This document shows, one piece after another, positions 24,313 to 27,394 of a stretch of DNA of 27,394 nt. The position numbers were made by a program, and so were the translations under genes. Origin of the DNA: an uncultured Candidatus Saccharibacteria bacterium (GTDB lineage Bacteria > Patescibacteriota > Minisyncoccia > Phycocordibacterales > DATGWK01). The DNA lies in contig CAYIYW010000006.1 of NCBI GenBank assembly GCA_964367845.1, forward strand, positions 1 through 27,394, written 5' to 3'. The notes under the pieces are model-generated. The model was not told the origin of the DNA. It ran no database searches and saw nothing but the letters and a program-made list of their open reading frames with translations. The stretch's first letter is position 1. Every line of letters begins with the position of its first letter.

Positions 24313-25479
24313 ATGAAACCCGCATTGCGATTTCCGGAAAAATTTTTGTGGGGCGCGGCTTGCGCTTCTTATCAGGTTGAAGGCGGAATAGAAAACTGCG
24401 ATTGGGCCATGGCGGGCAGAGCGGGGAGAGTGCCTCCCTGCGGTTCGGCCTGCGACCATTACAACCGTTATGAATCCGATTTTGACAATGCGCAAAAGCT
24501 TGGACACAACAGCCACAGGATATCAATTGAGTGGGCTAGAATTGAACCTGAAGAAGGCCAATTTGACCGGAACGAGGTCGTTCATTACAAGAACGTAATC
24601 AAAGCGTTAAGGGCGCGCGGTTTGGAACCGATTGTGACTTTGTGGCATTTTACTTTGCCGGCCTGGTTCGCCAACGACCGCGGATTTGAAAATCCAAAAT
24701 CAGTGGAGCGTTTCGGGAAATATGCGGAATTCGTGGCAAAGGAAATTTTGAACGAAGTCAAATTCGTTCAAACCATAAACGAGCCGCTTGTTTGGGCCGG
24801 CAACGGCTATATCCGCGGTTATTGGCCACCATTCAGAAAGAACTATATATCCTATCTCAAGGTCGTTAGGAATCTCGCAACGGCTCACCAAAAAGCATAC
24901 GAAACGATTAAAACCGTGCGAGGAGATTTACTCGTTGGCATTGCCAAAAACAACATGTTCTTTTCGGCAAAGGGCGTGAATCCATTGAATTATCTGATGG
25001 CTGTTGTTTCCTCATATTGGTGGAACAGATATTTTTTGAGCAAAATCAGGCGGGAATCGGATTTTATCGGACTTAACTTTTATAAAACACTTGTATTCGG
25101 CCCCAAGTCGTCACTGCCCAAATCCGATATGGGCTGGGATATTTTTCCGGAGGGAATATATCATGTACTAAAAGAACTCGGCCGTTATAAAAAACCAATC
25201 TACGTAACGGAAAACGGAGTGGCTGACGCCGATGATTCCATCAGAAAAAATTTTATTCGGGACCATCTGATTCAGGTTCACGGAGCAATTCAGGAAGGTG
25301 TTGATGTCCGAGGTTACTTTTATTGGTCGTTATTGGATAATTACGAATGGGCCCACGGTTTTGAAAAACGCTTCGGCTTGATTGAAGTTGACTTTGTGAC
25401 TCAAGAAAGGCGAATCAGGGCCTCGGCCATCGCTTACAAAAATATCTGCGAAACCAACGCACTTGAAACCGAATCATGA
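24313..25479 (+). CDS. Glycoside hydrolase family 1 (compact beta-glycosidase)
   Basis: FLWGAACASYQVEG, DHYNRY, RISIEWARI, TLWHFTLP, acid/base TINEP, nucleophile YVTENG, WSLLDNYEW. Confidence 0.95.
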   Translation: MKPALRFPEKFLWGAACASYQVEGGIENCDWAMAGRAGRVPPCGSACDHYNRYESDFDNAQKLGHNSHRISIEWARIEPEEGQFDRNEVVHYKNVIKALRARGLEPIVTLWHFTLPAWFANDRGFENPKSVERFGKYAEFVAKEILNEVKFVQTINEPLVWAGNGYIRGYWPPFRKNYISYLKVVRNLATAHQKAYETIKTVRGDLLVGIAKNNMFFSAKGVNPLNYLMAVVSSYWWNRYFLSKIRRESDFIGLNFYKTLVFGPKSSLPKSDMGWDIFPEGIYHVLKELGRYKKPIYVTENGVADADDSIRKNFIRDHLIQVHGAIQEGVDVRGYFYWSLLDNYEWAHGFEKRFGLIEVDFVTQERRIRASAIAYKNICETNALETES

Positions 25480-26363
25480 ATAACTGGCTTTTATTCGTCG
25501 TCATAGGACAATTTTTCTACGCCGCAGTCGTTTTGACTGACAGATTCATCATCACTAAAGGCGTTGTTCCAAAACCAATTGTCTACACCTTTTATGTCGG
25601 CCTGTTGTCTATTTTTGCCATAGGCGCACTGCCATTTGGCGTCACACTGCCATCCGGAACGACAATCGGACTTTCCATTATCGCCGCAGTCAGTTATGTC
25701 CTCTCAATTTACTTATTGTATGAATCCCTAAAAAAGTCAAATCCATCGGAAGTCGTGCCGGTAGTCGGCGGAATAGCCGCCATTTCAGCGTTTATAAGTA
25801 GCGCGCTTATTTTGAACACGGGTCTACCCGGACATTTTCTTACCGGTTTTGCAATTTTGGTTGCCGGCATGCTCCTTATATCGCATTTCAGGTTTACCAC
25901 GCGGGCTTTTTTGTTTCTTTTCGGTTCCGGCGTCTTTTTCGGCCTTTCTACGGTTATCATCAAAGCCATCCTTGAAAATGAGACCTTTGTAAACGGTTTT
26001 TTCTGGTCACGAATGGCAAATGTTCTTGTGGCGATATCTTTCCTGTTGGTTCCAAGGATTTACACGGCAATTAAGGAGGACATCGGCCGGCCAAATAAAT
26101 CAGGCAAAACAACCATGGTAGTGGGGAATAAGATTTTGGCCGGAATGGGTTTTCTTTGCATTTTAATTGCCCTAAAATTCGGCAATGCCTCCATTGTCAA
26201 TGCTTTAACTGCAACCCAATATGTTTTTCTTTTAATTTTTGCGGTATTCTTTAGTAAACTCCTGCCGGAATATTTTGAGGAAACAGTTCACCGCCATGAA
26301 TTCCTCCACAAATCTCTTGCCACCGGCCTGATTGTTGTCGGATTCGTCGTCCTCTTTTTGTAA
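25476..26363 (+). CDS. EamA/DMT-family 10-TM transporter
   Basis: Two repeats of five hydrophobic helices; YESLKKSNPSEVVP and ALKFGNASIVNAL motifs; ATGA overlap with the GH1 gene. Confidence 0.8.
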   Translation: MNNWLLFVVIGQFFYAAVVLTDRFIITKGVVPKPIVYTFYVGLLSIFAIGALPFGVTLPSGTTIGLSIIAAVSYVLSIYLLYESLKKSNPSEVVPVVGGIAAISAFISSALILNTGLPGHFLTGFAILVAGMLLISHFRFTTRAFLFLFGSGVFFGLSTVIIKAILENETFVNGFFWSRMANVLVAISFLLVPRIYTAIKEDIGRPNKSGKTTMVVGNKILAGMGFLCILIALKFGNASIVNALTATQYVFLLIFAVFFSKLLPEYFEETVHRHEFLHKSLATGLIVVGFVVLFL

Positions 26364-26367
26364 TTTT

Positions 26368-26373
26368 TATAAT
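26368..26373 (+). promoter_or_regulatory. Candidate -10 element TATAAT upstream of the last gene
   Basis: Perfect TATAAT just after the EamA stop. Confidence 0.4.
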
Positions 26374-26389
26374 ACGAATCTCACGCTCT

Positions 26390-26413
26390 ATGTCACTAAT
26401 AAAACTCCAATAA
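26390..26413 (+). other. 7-codon ORF MSLIKLQ* abutting the TTG start of the last gene (uORF or frameshifted true N-terminus)
   Basis: ATG TCA CTA ATA AAA CTC CAA TAA, then T, then TTG(26415). Confidence 0.3.
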
Positions 26414-26414
26414 T

Positions 26415-27392
26415 TTGACCAAGAAAATCCTGCTTTTAATAATCATTTTCACCGGGTTGGCCGTCGCCTCAATTCGCAAAATGCCCGATAAAGTTGATTA
26501 CGGCGTTTCCTTCAGCGTCCTCCACGCCCGCGAGCTTGGTTTGGATTGGAAAATGGTCTATAACGCGCTCATAGATGACCTCGGCGTCCGTCAATTCCGG
26601 CTCTCGGCCCATTGGCCGATTACCGAACCAAAAAACGACGTTTTTAATTTTTCAGAACTTGACTATCAGATAACTAGAGCCGAAAACCACGGCGCCTCCA
26701 TAATTCTGGCCGTCGGCAGGCGTTTGCCCGGTTGGCCGGAATGCCACGAGCCCGAGTGGACAGAAAAACTTTCAAAAGAAGAAAAGCGTGAGGAGTTGCT
26801 TGAATATATTTCTCGGGTCGTAAACCTGTACAAGAACTCTCCCGCAATTTCCCATTGGCAAATTGAGAACGAGCCGTTCCTGACGGGATTCGCCAAGCGC
26901 CAGTGCCAGGATTTTTCAGACAAGGAATTTCTAAAAGAAGAAATCGCGCTTGTCCGGTCGCTTGACCCGAACAGACCGATTTTGGTCACCGACAGCGGTG
27001 AGATTGGTTTTTGGTACGATGCCTACAACCTTGGCGACTCATTCGGCACCAGTTTGTATCTTTATGTGTGGAATCAAAAAATTGGACCGTTTAGATATCC
27101 GATTACTCCGGCTTTTTTTAGGATTAAACGGAACATCATTGAACTCATATATGGAAAAAAGGACAGTTTACTCATTGAACTCTCGCTTGAGCCGTGGCTG
27201 TTACAGCCGATTAAGGATACGCCGATTGAGACATCGCTAAGCCGAATGGACATTGATAAATTCAACAAAATCATCAAATTTGCCCAAAAAACAGGTTTTG
27301 AGGTTCAGTACCTGTGGGGCGCCGAATGGTGGTATTACATGAAAATAAATAATCATCTGGAGTTTTGGAAGAGAGCGAGAGAATTATTTTGA
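26415..27392 (+). CDS. Membrane-anchored clan GH-A glycoside hydrolase (GH5/GH42-like TIM barrel; family uncertain)
   Basis: N-terminal TM (KKILLLIIIFTGLAVASI), FRLSAHWPITEP, GRRLPGWPECHEP, acid/base-like WQIENEP, TDSGE, IELSLEPW, LWGAEWWYY. Complete, with TGA at 27390-27392; start uncertain. Confidence 0.7.
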   Translation: MTKKILLLIIIFTGLAVASIRKMPDKVDYGVSFSVLHARELGLDWKMVYNALIDDLGVRQFRLSAHWPITEPKNDVFNFSELDYQITRAENHGASIILAVGRRLPGWPECHEPEWTEKLSKEEKREELLEYISRVVNLYKNSPAISHWQIENEPFLTGFAKRQCQDFSDKEFLKEEIALVRSLDPNRPILVTDSGEIGFWYDAYNLGDSFGTSLYLYVWNQKIGPFRYPITPAFFRIKRNIIELIYGKKDSLLIELSLEPWLLQPIKDTPIETSLSRMDIDKFNKIIKFAQKTGFEVQYLWGAEWWYYMKINNHLEFWKRARELF

Positions 27393-27394
27393 CA

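Noticed and set aside
1-27394. Recoded TGA (genetic code 25) as in Gracilibacteria/Absconditabacteria
   Set aside because: grpE, mraY, the GH1 gene and the last gene end at TGA at expected positions, and Trp is encoded by TGG; conserved genes are uninterrupted.

Overview
A 27.4 kb, gene-dense chromosomal segment with every credible gene on the + strand. It is most consistent with a Patescibacteria/CPR (Parcubacteria-type) genome. This assignment is inferred from the short-form AlaRS and GluRS, short L13, a split alpha operon, a remnant mraY-ftsW-murG cluster and the near absence of Shine-Dalgarno motifs. TGA serves as a stop codon (code 11). Gene order: ATP-cone/Mrr-like nuclease, PD-(D/E)XK nuclease, family-4 UDG, alaS, a divergent FtsA-like protein plus a membrane-anchored baseplate-J-like protein, infA-rpmJ-rpsM-rpsK-rpsD-rpoA-rplQ-rplM-rpsI-grpE-dnaK-dnaJ, trpS, scpA-scpB, D,D-carboxypeptidase, mraY-ftsW-murG, gltX, M23 peptidase, then a small amphipathic membrane protein, a GH1, an EamA transporter and a membrane-anchored clan GH-A hydrolase. 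rpmJ (7082-7198) was missed by the ORF track, and several starts are corrected here. I saw no tRNA, rRNA, CRISPR array or mobile element. Best leads: (1) the FtsA-like pseudo-ATPase plus baseplate-J-like membrane protein pair; (2) the ATP-cone nuclease / 4-Cys nuclease / Fe-S-less UDG cassette; (3) the terminal four-gene glycoside or glycolipid module; (4) a recurring (TGn)TAnnnT promoter motif placed 6-8 nt before ATG, implying leaderless mRNAs. All protein assignments come from motif recognition by eye; no database search was run.
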